From: Takakia lepidozioides
Lineage: Eukaryota; Plantae; Bryophyta
DNA: 64,000 nt
Assembly: GCA_030704615.1 (NCBI GenBank)
Contig: CM060732.1
Coordinates: 5,022,001 to 5,086,000, forward strand
Direction of reading: 5' to 3'
How positions within the stretch are numbered: position 1 is the stretch's first letter; every line of letters starts with the position of its first letter. The notes beneath the pieces were generated by a model. It saw nothing but the letters and a program-made list of their open reading frames with translations. It did not search any database and was not told where the DNA came from. Of this stretch, positions 1 through 13,364 are shown in pieces. The position numbers and the translations under genes are program-made.

Positions 1-152
1 CCAAAAACCTTGGTTGGGGGGAGAGGGGGGATTGCAACGAGGCCTAACCACGAGTAAGGCCACCTAAAACGAAAAATCAGCCTAAGTATTTGGTTGTTTA
101 AGCAGCTGCGGGGGGGGGGATAGTGATTCTATCACAAAACCAGCGAAGATGA

Positions 153-1310
153 CTAGCCACCAAAGTTCAGCTGGAGCTTCGACTTTGCCGCACGCAGACT
201 GAGATGTTTCCAGTTGACATCGGGCTCTTCCGACTCAGCAGGGGATTTGCCATTCCCTGGGGATGGCATCATGCCAAGTGATTCGCGAGTCCGAGATCCT
301 GGTGCAGAGGATGCCGCCTTTTGCCCAGGAGAGGTCGAAGTCCGAGAATAATTGATTACACCTCCTGTCACTGCACCTGCCTGCAGCTGTTTGCAAAGAC
401 ACCCAAGCCTTGCGCCCCTCAGTCATCAGATCAGCAAATAGTTTGTAAAGCACTAATCTGATGCTGGGGCTCTTCCCTTGAAATATCAGACTACATCTTG
501 CCTTCCATAAAGACCAAAGGGTGTGGCCCCTCAAGCATCCCCATACTGGGCAGTTATTCTAGATGGAGCCACTGCGTAGATTAAGCAGAATAATGTGTGC
601 ATCTCGTGGGGACACAACCTGCCACTGCGCATAGAATGCGGTCACCAGATGCCAGGTTCTAGCAGCTAGATTGCAGTTTGTGAAGGCATGCTCGATAATC
701 TCACTTTGGTTGCAATTACAAACCACACAGGCAGGGTCAGCATCTGGAAGGCTGGCAGCCATTGGAAAAATTATGTTCGCCAACTTCCGTAAGAAAGCAC
801 TGATTTTGGAGGAGCGGTGTTTGGCCCATATGTCCTTCCAAATTGAGTTCCATGCAGGGGGCTGCAAATCGAGGTTCCATTTATCTACAAAATTCGCCTT
901 CCCGAGAAGCAACCTATACCCCGTTTTCACTGTGTAGCCCAGTAGTGGCGTGTTTTTGTCATCTTTCCATGACCAATCCCCCGGGTCCATCTGTAATCTA
1001 GAGAGCGGAAAGCATATAAACCAAATGAATTTGGATTTTCTAGCCCAACATATCTCTCCGCCCTGAGGAGGTGTTGGCACTGTGGACCCTGATAGAGTAT
1101 CGAAGACTCTAATTCTAATGGTGCAGCTCCCCTGTTCCGATTAGCACTAATCTCCCTGTGCCGGTTGCTTGGAAAAGCAGTCCGTTCCAATGAGTGCTTG
1201 TAGACGAAATTGCTAGGAGGGCCACTTGCCTGCCTCCTACCGAGCATCCGAACCAGACAGGCAAGCCATTACCAGTACAGGGTCCCCCTAGCAGGAGGGG
1301 CTGCACAAAT
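153..1310 (-). mobile_element. Degenerate L1-like LINE, 3' part of ORF2 (zf-RVT region)
   Basis: ORF 559-1080 contains IW..HRSSKISAFL...CVVCNCNQSEIIEHAFTNC (zf-RVT pattern) and ORF 235-534 contains LWSLWKARC. Frameshifted. Similar to the copy at 40222-41459. Confidence 0.75.
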
Positions 1311-1560
1311 TCTTATGATATCCCATCCGCTCCTGCTGGAGTTTGTGGATAAGAGGGAGGATAACAAGGGGAGGTCTAGAAACTGATTTTTTCCCAGATA
1401 TTGGCAATGTGTGAAAGCCCTTTTGTCCCCTAAGTTGCCCACTTTTTATGGAGGGTAGTCAGGGCTTCATTTTGCAAGTTGGGGTTCCCGAACAAGGGTT
1501 GGCGAATCGCCTCTTCAAAGCAGGTAGGTGCCCTTTGAGTAAGATGGGGCCTCATCACTT

Positions 1561-3760
1561 TGTAATGCACCAGCAACCTTTCAGAGAATGATAAGTGAAT
1601 CTTTTCATGAGTATCTAGATGATTTCATGCAGGTGTTCTTGGATGATTTTAGTGTGTACAGCTCTAAGAATGAGCATTTGCATAAATTAGAGTTATGTTT
1701 GGCCAAATGCAGGATGAGAGGTCTGGGCCTGAATCGAGAGAAGTGTACTTTCTGTGTGAACTCAGGGGTGCTTTTGGGACACATTGTGTGTAAGAGGGGA
1801 CTTCTTGTGGATCCCAGAAAAATAGAGGCCATTAAAGCCTCTCCACCACCAGTAAATGTTAAGAGTCTAACGAGATTTCTTGGACAAACCAGTTATTACA
1901 GAAGATTTGTCAGACGGTATGCACAGATAGCAGCACCACTGAGCAAGCTTCTGAAGAAAGATGCAGTGTTTGCATGGACAGCTGAATGTCAACAGGCTTT
2001 TGAGGAACTTACATTGTCAATAACAACTACACCTGTGCTGATTAACCCTCACTGGCATGTAGTATTTCATGTTCACTGTGATGCCTCAGGAGAAGCGTTG
2101 GGAGCAGTGTTAGCCCAAAATGTTACAGGAAATATAGATTCACCTGTGTACTATGCTAGCAGGTTGATGAACAGTGCAGAAAGAAACTATAGCCAAACTG
2201 AAAGAGAAGCACTGGCAATGATTTATGCAGTCAAGAAATTCAAGCATTACCTATTGGGAATGAAGTTTATGTTTTATGTGGATCACCAGGCTCTAATATA
2301 TCTGGTAAACAAACCTTTGATAAGTGGAAGGATAGCAAGGTGGTTAATAATCTTGCACGAGTTTGAGTTTGAGGTTGTTTACAAGCCTAGTCGTTTGCAT
2401 CTTGTGGCAAATCACTTGTCACGCCTATCAACAGGAGAGCCAGCCACAGGAGTAGACGACCAATTACCTGATGCGACTTTATTTGCAGTGGAGGTGCAGG
2501 GAAGTGCAGATGACTGGTTAGATTGGCAGTGGCCAATCAGATACTACCTTACTCATGGTCAGTGCCCACCTAGTTATGGAAATGAGCAAAGGAAGAGAAT
2601 CGTTATCAAGGCTTTACCTTATACTATGGTAGGGGGCAGAATGTATAAGCTAGGACCTGATGGAGTACTTAAACGATGCTTGTACCACCATGCAGTAAAT
2701 AAAGTTTTGGAGGAAGTTCATAAAGGAGTGGCTGGAGGTCATTTTGGAGAAGAGACTATCAGTAGAAAGATACTACTTGCAGGTTACTGGTGGCCTACTT
2801 TGTTCAAGGATGTACACAAGTATTGTAAGAGTTGTGATGAGTGTCAGAGGCTAGGACCATTGCAGAGATCTGGGAAGATGGCTTTGCATCCTACGATGCC
2901 TACTGAACCATTTCAGAAATGGGGACTAGACTTTGTTGGACCAATTAACCCACCAGCCAAGAATACACAGAACAAGTATATAATCACGGCCACTGATTAT
3001 ACTACAAAGTGGGTGGAAGCTAAAGCTCTGAGGGAGAACACAGCTAAGTCCACAGCAAGGTTCCTGTATGAGAACATACTTACACGATTTGGCTGTCCCC
3101 TGGAATTTATCAGTGACCAGGGAAGTCACTTCATTAATGAGACCATAGAACTATTGACTAAGAGTTCATGATTGTGCATAGGAAGAGTACAACTGATTAC
3201 CCACAGGGTAATGGGCAGGCAGAGGCTACCAACAAATACTATGTACTATCTTGGCTAAGATAGTCAATGCAAACAGAACAGATTGGGATACAAGTTGCTG
3301 ACAGCTTTGTGGTCATACAGGACTTCATATAAAGTCACCACTAAGTATACACCATTCCAATTGGTTTATGGTATGGAAGCTTTACTTCCAGTGGAATTCT
3401 TGTTACCTACCATGAGAACTGAATGGGGAAGGAGAATGGAATTGGAAGATTCAATTAAGGTCAGGAAACATGAATTATACCATGTGGAAGAAGTACATGC
3501 TGATGCAGCTGATGACATGACCAGAATTCAGATGAAGAGGAAGGATCAGTTTGATGAAGGTAAATTAAAGACTTTTAAGACGGGAGATTTGGTTCTGTGG
3601 TTGCAAAAGAAGGGGAAGATTAAGGCTTCTAAGCTTAAATCACCATGGAAAGGACCTTATGTCATACAGAAGATGTATGATAACAACACCGCTATGTTAC
3701 AAACCATTAACAAAGAGATGCTGGGAAGAGTCAATGCCAATAAGTTGAAGGGATACAGTG
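1561..3760 (+). mobile_element. Ty3/Gypsy pol fragment (RT - RNase H - integrase), 5'-truncated and frameshifted
   Basis: ORF 1588-3171 has RT VFLDDF, RNase H CDAS...NYSQTEREALA, integrase HHCC, WGLDFVGP and FISDQGSHF. It continues after frameshifts in 3283-~3760 with a WKGPY (GPY/F) motif. No LTR seen. Confidence 0.92.
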
Positions 3761-3906
3761 GTATCCATGACAAACCATTGCAGCACGACTTGCATATTGA
3801 AACACAGAAACAGTCACGGGCTGCACCGGTAATACCAACGGAGCATGAAACACTTGTCGTAAAGCCGAATGTGTATGGCCTGAGCGGAGAACACGGGTGT
3901 TCGCAT

Positions 3907-4020
3907 AGTTATCACAGCCCACCACAGCATCACACAACCTATCATAGCCCACCACAGTGCCACACACTTTATCACAGCCCACCACAGTTTGACACAGCCT
4001 GTTACAGCCCAACACAGCCC
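3907..4020 (+). repeat. 30-bp minisatellite (~4 units) in frame with the integrase tail, encoding (H/Y)SPPQ repeats
   Basis: TATCACAGCCCACCACAG recurs at 30-bp spacing. Confidence 0.8.
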
Positions 4021-4124
4021 ACGCGGGTTACACAGTCCATAGGGTCAGTGACAGGTGGACGTGGATTAACGTCCGAAAAGTGGCCGGCGGAAGAAAAGAC
4101 AGCTTGGAAGTCAAACTCGGAGAA

Positions 4125-5535
4125 AGTGCCTTGTCGCACACTGTTTGAGCTTGCAAATAGGGGTGGAATGAACATTACAGAGAGGCCCATGTGTGCACGA
4201 TTTTCACATGAAAAAAACAATGACAAGGGGGGCTCAAACAATGTGCATCAACGCACACTGTCTGAGCTTCCAATAAGGGGTGATTTGAACTTATCATAAT
4301 GGCTATGAGTGGCCGATTTTCAAATCAAATAACAGGCACTGAAGGGGGCACACAGTTTGAGCTTCCCAATAGTGGTGGAATGAACCTTATAGAGAGGCCC
4401 CTGTGTGCACGAAATAGTGTGCGTTCCCGCACAATAAAGGATGGATTGAACATGCCATAGTGGCCCTTTGTGCAAGATTTCCACACCAAAAAACAAGGCA
4501 AAGGTGGGCTCAAACAGTGTGCGTTGACACACACTGTTTGAGCTGCCACTTAAGTGTGGATTCAGCCTGTCAGAGATGCCATATGTGGCCGACTTTTACA
4601 TGAATTACACAATGAGAAGGGGGGCTCAAACAGTGTGCGTTGACGCACACTGTTTGAGCTGCCAGCTAATTGTGGTTGTACCTCAAAAGACATGCCCTGA
4701 CGCACACTATTTGAGCTGCCAGGTAATTGTGGTTGAACCTCAAAACAAATGCCCTAAGATTGCAGATTTGGACATGAAACAAATAATGAGAAGGGGGGCT
4801 CAAACAGTGTGCTTTGACGCACACTGTTTGAGCTTTCAGGTAAGTGTGGATTCAACCTGCTTGAGTGGCCCTGTGTGCACGATTTTCACACCAAAAACCA
4901 AGGCAAAAAGGGGGCTAAAACAGTGTGCGTTGACGCACACTGTTTGAGCTGCCAGATAAGTTTGGATTGAACCTGACAGAGATGCCCTTTGTGGCCGATT
5001 TTAACATGAGAACATAATGTCAAGTGGGGGCTCAAACAGTGTGCGTTGCCGCACACTGTTTGAGCTTCCAAGTGGGGGTGGAATGAACCTTACAGAGAGG
5101 CCCCTGTGTGCACGATTTTCATATGAGAAAAACAATGAGAAGGGGGGCTCAAACAGTTGACGCACACTGTTTGAGCTTCCAAATAGTGGAGGATTGAACC
5201 AGACAGACATGCCCGTTCTGGGGACGATTTGGGTATCAAAAAACAAGCACAAAGTTGGGGCTCAAGCGGCCGGCGTTGGCGCACACTGTTTGTGCTTCTT
5301 AATACGGGTCGATTGAACCAGAGAGAGATGTCGTGTGTAGGCGATTTTCATGTAAAAAAAACAAGCACAAGTGGGGTCTGAAACTGTGTGCGTTGCCGCA
5401 CACTGATTGACATTCCAGTCTGTGGTGAATTGAACCAGACATATAGGCCGAAAGTGGCCGATTTTGACATCAAAAATGAAGCACAAATGTGGGTCTCTAA
5501 CAGTGTGCGTTGCTGCACTCTGTTTGAGCTTCCAA
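4125..5535. repeat. Tandem array (~55-120 bp units), each unit containing a 36-bp hairpin palindrome
   Basis: GCTCAAACAGTGTGCGT-TG-ACGCACACTGTTTGAGC has perfect 17-bp arms (e.g. ~4624-4659). About a dozen full or degenerate copies with related spacers. Confidence 0.85.
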
Positions 5536-5728
5536 GTAGGTTTGGACATCACTTGTACCTTTTTCTTGGGTGCTCCAGAAGACTCCCCAATCGCCGGAGA
5601 CCCTTTTCGCTTCGGATTGCTCTCTACGTCGAGCATGTTCTGGAGCATCTCCCCCATCCTCTTTCCCACTATCTGCTTCTTCATGAGGCCAACATCAACA
5701 TCATTGTCAAGTTAAATAAGCACAGTGT

Positions 5729-6418
5729 GACTTTCAGGTGGTGCATCGACCGGGTTGGGTCAATCGCAATGCAGATGGGTTGAGTCGCAATCCATGCACG
5801 AGCCAGCAGGATGACACTGGAGCTCGGTGGCATGGTGAGACGGACGAGGAGATGGTGCCCGGATGGCATGCATCTGCATTTCTGTGTATCTTGGCAGCGG
5901 AAGGCGAGGTTGGACCTGCAACAGGGATGATTGTAGATCAAGTGTCTGAGGACACTGAGGCCAACAAGGAGCAAGGTGGCGCCAAAGATATACATGAGGA
6001 TTCAGTTGTGTTGGACTACCTCCGCACTGGAGACACTGCAGCCACTGTGACTGCCAAGGAGAGGGATCGGATCCTACAACGAGCCAAGAGGTTCAAGTGG
6101 GAGGGGACACACCTGCTCCGAGTGTGGGAGGATGGTCGAGTGAGGATTGTGCCTCACCCAACACAGCGGGCACGGTTAGTGCGGCATGCCCATGAGGAGT
6201 TGGGGCATTTTGGGGTGCGACGCACTCATAGTCTACTGCAGGGGCAGTATTGGTGGCGTGGTATGCACCACAGAGGTGCAACAATTTGTGGCTAGGTGCA
6301 TAGTGTGTGACAGGGTGCGTGCTTCATTCAACGCCCCTCCTCCACAATTGCACCCTCTTCCGATCATGGGATTGGGCTACAGGTGGAGTCTTGACTTCGC
6401 AGGGCCGTTGCCACTGAC
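5729..6418 (+). mobile_element. Ty3/Gypsy pol remnant, left half (RNase H end and integrase N-terminus), interrupted at 6419
   Basis: DFQVVHRPGWVNRNADGLSR, HEELGHFG...YWWRGM, CIVCDR, WSLDFAGPLPLT. The reading resumes at 13365 (LTVRHNKYVLVMVEHFSKW). Confidence 0.88.
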
Positions 6419-7137
6419 TGTCGCGCACCTCACTTCGGTAAGCTCCCCTTCAAGTCATAGTTACTCGCTTTGATGCGCGCGCCTGACTCCCAACCTGGCC
6501 GCCCGGGCCAACTTGGAGCTTTGGCTGCTCACCGGGACATAATGGTCCCCCTTCGCTTCCCACTAAACCCTCCACCTATTTGGGACTAGGAATTCCCTTT
6601 GGTAGATGGCAGTCCGGAACAGCTCCCCACTCTTTGGTCGCTTTCCGGCTCGCTCGCTTACTCACTAGTTTTTGGTCACCAACGGGCTTGCACCATTCTC
6701 GGGGTCACTACTCCCCTATATATACTTCTGTAGCTGTCCGCGGGGGTTTCACAACCAGCCATGCCATTTTATGGCGAACCACCACGAAAACCCTCGACTC
6801 CGGTGATGAGTCGCGGTGAGTCTTGGCCCACTCACCACGGCCCTATGGACCGTGATGAGTCCCAAGACACCCCACGACTCCCACCACGAGGTCCCCGCCC
6901 CATGGTGAGTCCTATGCCACCCCCACTAAGTCCCGCTAAGCTACCACCACCCTTGTGGAGCCACCCCACCGCAACCCGGTGTGCGGGGCTCCACCTAGTG
7001 AGCGCCTCCGCTTCCTGAGTGCCTTGGGCACTCAAGGGTGCTTCAGCCCCCCATACCTATCGTGCCGCTGCCCCCACCACAGGGGCAGCCCCTCATGTGT
7101 CCCGACCCCCCTGCCCTCAAGGCAAAGGGCCGCGACA
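6419..7137 (-). repeat. 3' LTR of the chromovirus
   Basis: Direct repeat of 12637-13364 with TG...CA ends. Preceded on the minus strand by purine-rich TGGTAGGGGTGTT (7138-7150, probable PPT). Confidence 0.95.
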
Positions 7138-8037
7138 AACACCCCTACCAACAGGGAGTCGATGTCCTCATCGACTTGTCCATTTTGTAGAACGAACATC
7201 CAAGTTGTGGCGTCCCACATCAAGGAGTTTGTTCCGTACATGGCGTCCCATGGCAAAGAACCAAACCCCACACTTGACTCTACTCTCCACTAGCTAGTTC
7301 GGCCGACTTCCTCCAAGTCCCGGCCAAGGGTGGAGCCTCTCGAGCTCCTCCCAGTGCACTCTTCTTGGCCTACTTCAAGGCCAAGGAACGATCCTCCCCG
7401 AGGATCGAATCGCCTTACTGCAACAACATTGCTTGCGATCGCTCATGATGCCGCTTTTGGCATCACCTTGAGCAAGGGTTCACCTGGAACCCCCTTTGAC
7501 TAGGAAGATAACCTTGAACCAACCGTGCGCCCCAATCACTACAATTGGGTCCGCCTTGGAATGCTGGCCTGAGGTACGGGAACACGTTGAAGCCGCACTA
7601 CAACTTCGTCCCGAGGCTACACGATTATAGTATGTGAACGGAAGCACGTAGCTTCCACGTTAGCCCGCACTACAAGGCAACCCCCTCGGTAGCGCAGTTA
7701 TAGTACGCGCACGCGCCAGGTGCGCACTAGCACGTGAACTCCCAAAGAAGGCGCAAGTTTCCTTGCCCCTTGGATGGGAGTCACCGATTTCGGCACTTCG
7801 CAAACACACGATTAACCCAATTTACCTCTCCCGCTTTTGTAAGCTAGCATGCCTTCTACACACTAGCCAACCATACCATGCATCGCCATTCCAAACAAAA
7901 TAGGAAGCACAACATTTTGAAACATTTCATTTAAAGCAAATTTTGTACAATACAAGTTTTTGCAATTGGATTCCTGAGCTAGCTAAGCCGGGCTAAGCAT
8001 GCATTTCCTCCCCCACGCTCCAAGGTTGATGTCCCCA

Positions 8038-11026
8038 TCAACGCTTCTTCCGCTTTTGAGGTCGCCCTTCGAAAGCTGCAACCGCCTCGGATGCGTTTCC
8101 CATTTCTGAGGCACGCACCCAAGATGCCTCCACATGATGATAGCCCTTCCATTTGACGAGATACTCCGTTTCTCGGTTCCTGAACCTCCTCGACTTAAGT
8201 ATTGCCTCCACCTCGTACTCAGATTCATTTTCATGATCCAACATAGGTGGTGGACGCAACACTTGATGCCGATTCGGACGCGCTTCATCTTTGAAGTAAG
8301 GCTTCAAAAGGGATACATGGAATACTGGGTGCACCTTACTGTTTGCCGGCAGCTCCAATTCATACACATCCTCATTCATAACCTTTCGAATGCGAAAGGG
8401 TCCCGCATACGGAGGTACGAACTTCGGACTCACTTCCGGAGGTAGTCGGAAATTCTTGATGTTCAACCAAACCTCTGTACCTGCCTCAAACTTCACTTCC
8501 CTCCGCTTCCGATTCGCCTGCCTTTCATACCGTTTCCTAGCTTTGGCAATGTTGTACTTTGCGAGCTTCAACAAACGCTCGCGTTCTTCCAATACCGCCG
8601 CTACTGCCGGTTCCTCAACGTCCTGGGCGGCCCAACTTGTCGGCACCAGAGGTGCTTTTCCATAGACCAATACGAAAGGGGAAACTCCCGTTGCGGAGTG
8701 TTCTGTGTTATTATAACAGAACTCTGCCGCGTCTAAGTGTTCCACCCAGTCTGTTTGGTCTGCCGACACGTAATTCCGCAAGATCTGCTTCACTACGGAA
8801 TTCACTCTTTCTGTTTGGCCGTCGGTCGTAGGTCGGAAGGCGGTGCTCATCTTCAGCCTCGTCCCCATCTTCTTCCAAAGTGCCCTCCAAAATTTACTCG
8901 TAAACTTTGGATCGCGGTCCGAGACAATATCCTTCGGGACTCCATGATGCTTTAAGACGTGGGCGAAGTAAAGTCGCCCTGTCTCCTGCGCCGTTGCCGT
9001 CTCTTTGGTGGGGATGAAATGGCCCATTTTACTGAACCTATCCACCACCACCATGATTGCATCGAATCCTTTGACAGCGGCATAGCAGTCATGAAATCCA
9101 TCGAGACGCTTTCCCAAGTCCCCTCTGGAATCGGCAAGGGTTGTAACAGCCCCCGCTTGCTTTTTTGTACTCGCTCCGGTTTTTGTTGGCATGTGGTGCA
9201 TGTCTTGACATACTCCTCTGCTCCTCCCTCAGTTTGGGCCAGAAATACTCTTTCTTCACGAGTGCCGCAGTGCACTTGGCTCCGCCGTGGCCCGCAAGCG
9301 GGCTATCATGGCATTCTCTCAAGAGGCTATCTCTGATCCCTCCCTTTGGCACGTAGAGACGTTTTTGCTTATACCGGAGCAGTCCATTTTGCAAGTGGAA
9401 CTGCGATTTAATCCCCATCCTCAAGTCCTGCATCACGGACTTCGCCAGCTCATCCTTCCGGCAAGCCTTCCGGATCTTCCTTTGGAGTGCCGTCTCGCCC
9501 TGTACACCAACAGAGCTGCTGTTTTCTACTTAAAGCATCGGCCACCACAATGTCCCGTCCGGTTTGTACTGGATATCCACGTCGAACACCGCCAAAGTAT
9601 CTTGCACCTAAGTTGTTTTGGGGACAACTTGGGCTGCGTGGCAAAATACTTCACTGTGACATTGTCGTGTGAACACCTTCACTGGGTTGGAACCAACATA
9701 GTGGCGCCAAAGCTCAAGGCAATGCACCACCGCCTTCATCTCTTTTTCGTGCGTCGGCCACCATCGCTCCACTTCATTCAGTTTCTTACTTTCGTAAGCC
9801 ACTGGACGTCCATCTTGCATAAGTACACCCCCAATCGCGAAGTCCGACGCATCTGTATGAATCTCAAATGGACGATCGAACTCCGGGATTTTCAAGACTG
9901 GAGCTTCCGCCATCCGCTGCTTCAATTTAGCAAAAGCTTGGCCACAAAAGTTTCCATACCCAGACTTTGGATTTACACAGAAGGTCCGACAGCGGCCCCC
10001 GCGATCTTGGCGAAATTTCTCACATACTTCCGGTAATAGGAGGCGAGTCCTAGGAAGGATCGCACTCCCGGGACCGAAGTCGGAGGCTCCCAGTCCAAGA
10101 TCGCCCTCACCTTTCTGTCATCCATTTTGATCCCATCCTGTGTAATCACATGCCCCAAAAACTCCACTTTCGTGACCCTGAATTCGCACTTTGAAGCTTT
10201 GGCATACAGCTTCCCTTCTCGCAATTTTTGGAACACCCTTTTGAGGTGCTCCAGGTGCTCCTCCTTTGTTTTCGAGTACACCAAGATGTCGTCGATGTAC
10301 ACGATCACAAAGTCATCCAACCACTCCTGAAAAGGCTGTTCATCAGCGTGTTAAATGTCGCTGGTGCATTGGTGAGCCCAAAAGCATCACCAAGAACTCA
10401 TATGAACCATACCTTGTCCTGCACGCGGTCTTCTCATCTCCCTTCCGCCACCCGAATTGATGATAGCCGGAGCGCAAGTCGATCCGGCTGAAATACTTCG
10501 CTCCTGCCAACCGATCGAAGAGGTCGTCAATCCTTGGCAAAGGGTACCGGTTTTTGATAGTCACCTTATTCAAAGCCCTGTAATCGACACACATCCGCAG
10601 CGTCCCATCCTTCTTGTCTGCGAATAGCACCGGGGCTCCGTAAGGACTTACTCGGCTGGATGTACCCCTTGACATTAGAGCCTTGAGCTGAGTCTTCAGC
10701 TCGACCAACTCCCTGTGGCTCAACCGGTAGGGTGCCTTGGCAGGCAATTCCGTTCCCGGTATCACCTCAATCTTGTGGTCAATCCTCTCGCGGTGGCAAG
10801 CCGCTTGTAAATCCTCCGGCATCACATCCTGGTATTTCTCCAAAATCCCCTTGATCCAATCTGGGCTCGGCTCCCCATCGCCTTCTCCTTTCACTTCTCT
10901 AATGTAAAGCAAAAATTGGGGCTCGTGTGCCTCCTCCACGGCCCACTCCTTTGCTGACAGAAGGTTTATTCGCCTCCCACGGATTTGGGCGTTTCCGACA
11001 CTCGTAAAACTCGCCACCATTCCCAC
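8038..11026 (-). pseudogene. Chromovirus pol (RT, RNase H, integrase, chromodomain), multiple frameshifts
   Basis: [55 protein letters not shown], and chromodomain EYEVEAILKSR...YLVKWKGY...SW, spread across ORFs 10343-11026, 9973-10320, 9608-9925, 9089-9436 and 8038-9201. Confidence 0.93.
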
Positions 11027-12635
11027 ATGGCAGCATGACTACTCTCTTGCGGCCATCTATGACCGCTCCGGATTTGCTCAAAAATGTCATCCCCAAAATG
11101 AGATCCACTCCATCGATCTCGCAGATGGTGAAGTTCTCACGTCCCTCCCAACTCCCCAGTTGAAGAGGAACATCAAACGCCAACCTTGTCGCCAACTGTG
11201 GTTCTCCTTTGGCAGAACGCACCTCAATAGAGGCCCCCACGTCACTTGTCGGGAGTCCCAACTTTCGCGCCGCCGCCGGCGTCATGAATGAGTGCAACGC
11301 TCCTGTGTCCACCAACAACGACACGTTAGTTCCGGATAATATCACATCCACGAACAATAACTGACTCCCTTTACGCAGGGCGCCAGTTTCCTGATATAAC
11401 TCACAAGAATAGTTGCCTACCTTGCAAGTCCTGGCGACCACCGCTTCCACCAAGCGACTGATGATATCTTCCGACAGCTCCGTGGTTGCCCGAGTCATGT
11501 TCAATTGTCGAGGTTTTGTGCACTTCTTGGCCATGTACCTGGGCTCCCCGCAATTGAAACACACTCCATCAAAGGTCGCCTTCTGTCCGCCATAAGCCGC
11601 TCCACCCGCTTTTCCTTTCAAAGCACCGGGTGCCGCCTTGACGTGTGAAGGCCCTCCCTTCGATTTCCACGTGCCATTGTCGCCGCGTGGCCTATCCCAC
11701 TTCTTTTCCGGTCGGGAGGAGTCACCTTCCCGCCGGGTCTTCTTGTGGTTCAGCTCCGTACGGCCTTGTCTCTCACCCTTAGGGACATCTGAGAAACATT
11801 CTGCCCTCTCAATTGCCTCGTTCAAAGTCTTGGGTGGCTTCTCCTCCAACTTCCGCCTGGCCCATGGGGCCAGTCCCGCCACAAAGTTGAAGACCATTTC
11901 TGGTTCTGCCATGTCCGCGACTTCGAGCAACAGCACATTGAAAGCTTGGACATACCCCCGAATGTCATCTGTTTGCTTCAAATTCCTCATCTTGTCCCGG
12001 GCAAGCCAGGACGCGTTGAGGGGCACAAACTGTCTCTTCATCAATTCCTTGAACCCACTCCAGTTCAAGGCTTCCGGGCTTGGGCCTCGGTCGTGAAGGC
12101 GTTTCTGCCACCATTGTTGAGCATAGCCCCTCAAATAGGTGGGAGCCACTTCCACCCAATCCTCGTCACTCAACTTGGCCGCCCGGAAGTACTGCTCTAG
12201 CTCCAGGAGCCAGGTGTTGAGTGCCTTCCGATTTCGGACGCCCTCGAAGGTGCCGGGTTCCTTAGGCTTCACCTTAAACTTTGCCTTAGTGGAAGTGGCA
12301 TTAGCCACCTTCAACACGTCTTTCAACGTCCCGCCAAACTGCGCCATCAACCCTTCCCAAAAGGCTGCCGGCATGGGAGGCATCTGTTGGTCAGTCGGAG
12401 CTCTCACGGATTCCTCGGGCTCCGACTCCTCGGATTCCTCCCGCTCTTGAGCGGCCTCGCTTTCAGAAACCTGCGTCGCTTCCTCAAACGGCCGCTTCGG
12501 TGACACGTCGCCCCCATCGGGCTCACCAGGATCATCATATTTTGGGCCGTTCCGCTTTCGCTTTGGCTTGCCCGACCCCATGATGAGGCCAATCCCAAGG
12601 ACGATCGCGTACTGAACTCTAAGCTCTGATACCAA
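10899..12635 (-). CDS. Chromovirus Gag plus aspartic protease (likely ATG at 12581)
   Basis: Retrotransposon gag region ([20 protein letters not shown]), degenerate zinc knuckle [14 protein letters not shown], protease LVDTGA...DLILGM. Confidence 0.92.
   Translation of the reverse strand: MVSELRVQYAIVLGIGLIMGSGKPKRKRNGPKYDDPGEPDGGDVSPKRPFEEATQVSESEAAQEREESEESEPEESVRAPTDQQMPPMPAAFWEGLMAQFGGTLKDVLKVANATSTKAKFKVKPKEPGTFEGVRNRKALNTWLLELEQYFRAAKLSDEDWVEVAPTYLRGYAQQWWQKRLHDRGPSPEALNWSGFKELMKRQFVPLNASWLARDKMRNLKQTDDIRGYVQAFNVLLLEVADMAEPEMVFNFVAGLAPWARRKLEEKPPKTLNEAIERAECFSDVPKGERQGRTELNHKKTRREGDSSRPEKKWDRPRGDNGTWKSKGGPSHVKAAPGALKGKAGGAAYGGQKATFDGVCFNCGEPRYMAKKCTKPRQLNMTRATTELSEDIISRLVEAVVARTCKVGNYSCELYQETGALRKGSQLLFVDVILSGTNVSLLVDTGALHSFMTPAAARKLGLPTSDVGASIEVRSAKGEPQLATRLAFDVPLQLGSWEGRENFTICEIDGVDLILGMTFLSKSGAVIDGRKRVVMLPCGNGGEFYECRKRPNPWEANKPSVSKGVGRGGGTRAPIFALH
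12623..12634 (-). promoter_or_regulatory. Primer-binding site complementary to the tRNA-iMet 3' end
   Basis: Minus-strand TGGTATCAGAGC lies 2 nt inside the 5' LTR. Confidence 0.93.
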
Positions 12636-12636
12636 G

Positions 12637-13364
12637 TGTCGCGCACCTCACTTCGGTAAGCTCCCCTTCAAGTCATAGTTACTCGCTTTGATGCGCGCGC
12701 CTGACTCCCAACCTGGCCGCCCGGGCCAACTTGGAGCTTCGGCTGCTCACCGGGACATAACGGTCCCCCTTCGCTTCCCACTAAACCCTCCACCTATTTG
12801 GGACTAGGAGAATTCCCTTTGGTAGATGGCAGTCCGGAACAGCTCCCCACTCTTTGGTCGCTTTCCGGCTCGCTCGCTTACTCACTAGTTTTTGGTCACC
12901 AACGGGCTTGCACCGTTCTCGGGGTCACTACTCCCCTTATATATACTTCTGTAGCTGTCCGCGGGGGTTTCACAACCAGCCATGCCATTTTATGGCGAAC
13001 CACCACGAAAACCCTCGACTCCCGGTGATGAGTCGCGGTGAGTCTTGGCCCACTCACCACGGCCCTATGGACCGTGATGAGTCCCAAGACACCCCACGAC
13101 TCCCACCACGAGGTCCCCGCCCCCATGGTGAGTCCTATGCCACCCCCACTAAGTCCCGCTAAGCTACCACCACCCCTTGTGGAGCCACCCCCACCGCAAC
13201 CCGGTGTGCGGGGCTCCACCTAGTGAGCGCCTCCGCTTCCCTGAGTGCCTTGGGCACTCAAGGGTGCTTCAGCCCCCCATACCTATCGCTGCCGCTGCCC
13301 CCACCACAGGGGCAGCCCCTCATGTGTCCCGACCCCCCTGCCCTCAAGGCAAAGGGCCGCGACA
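12637..13364 (-). repeat. 5' LTR of the chromovirus
   Basis: Direct repeat of 6419-7137, adjacent to the PBS. Confidence 0.95.

Larger units (their letters stand above)
6419..13364 (-). mobile_element. Complete Ty3/Gypsy chromovirus LTR retrotransposon, nested insertion
   Basis: Near-identical LTRs at 6419-7137 and 12637-13364 with TGTCGCG...CGCGACA ends. 5-bp TSD CTGAC (6414-6418 and 13365-13369). tRNA-iMet PBS, and gag-PR-RT-RH-INT-chromodomain on the minus strand. Confidence 0.97.

Noticed and set aside
3907-4020. Extensin-like gene (YHSPP repeats)
   Set aside because: Only ~4 degenerate minisatellite units read through from the integrase frame, with no signal peptide or SPPPP blocks.
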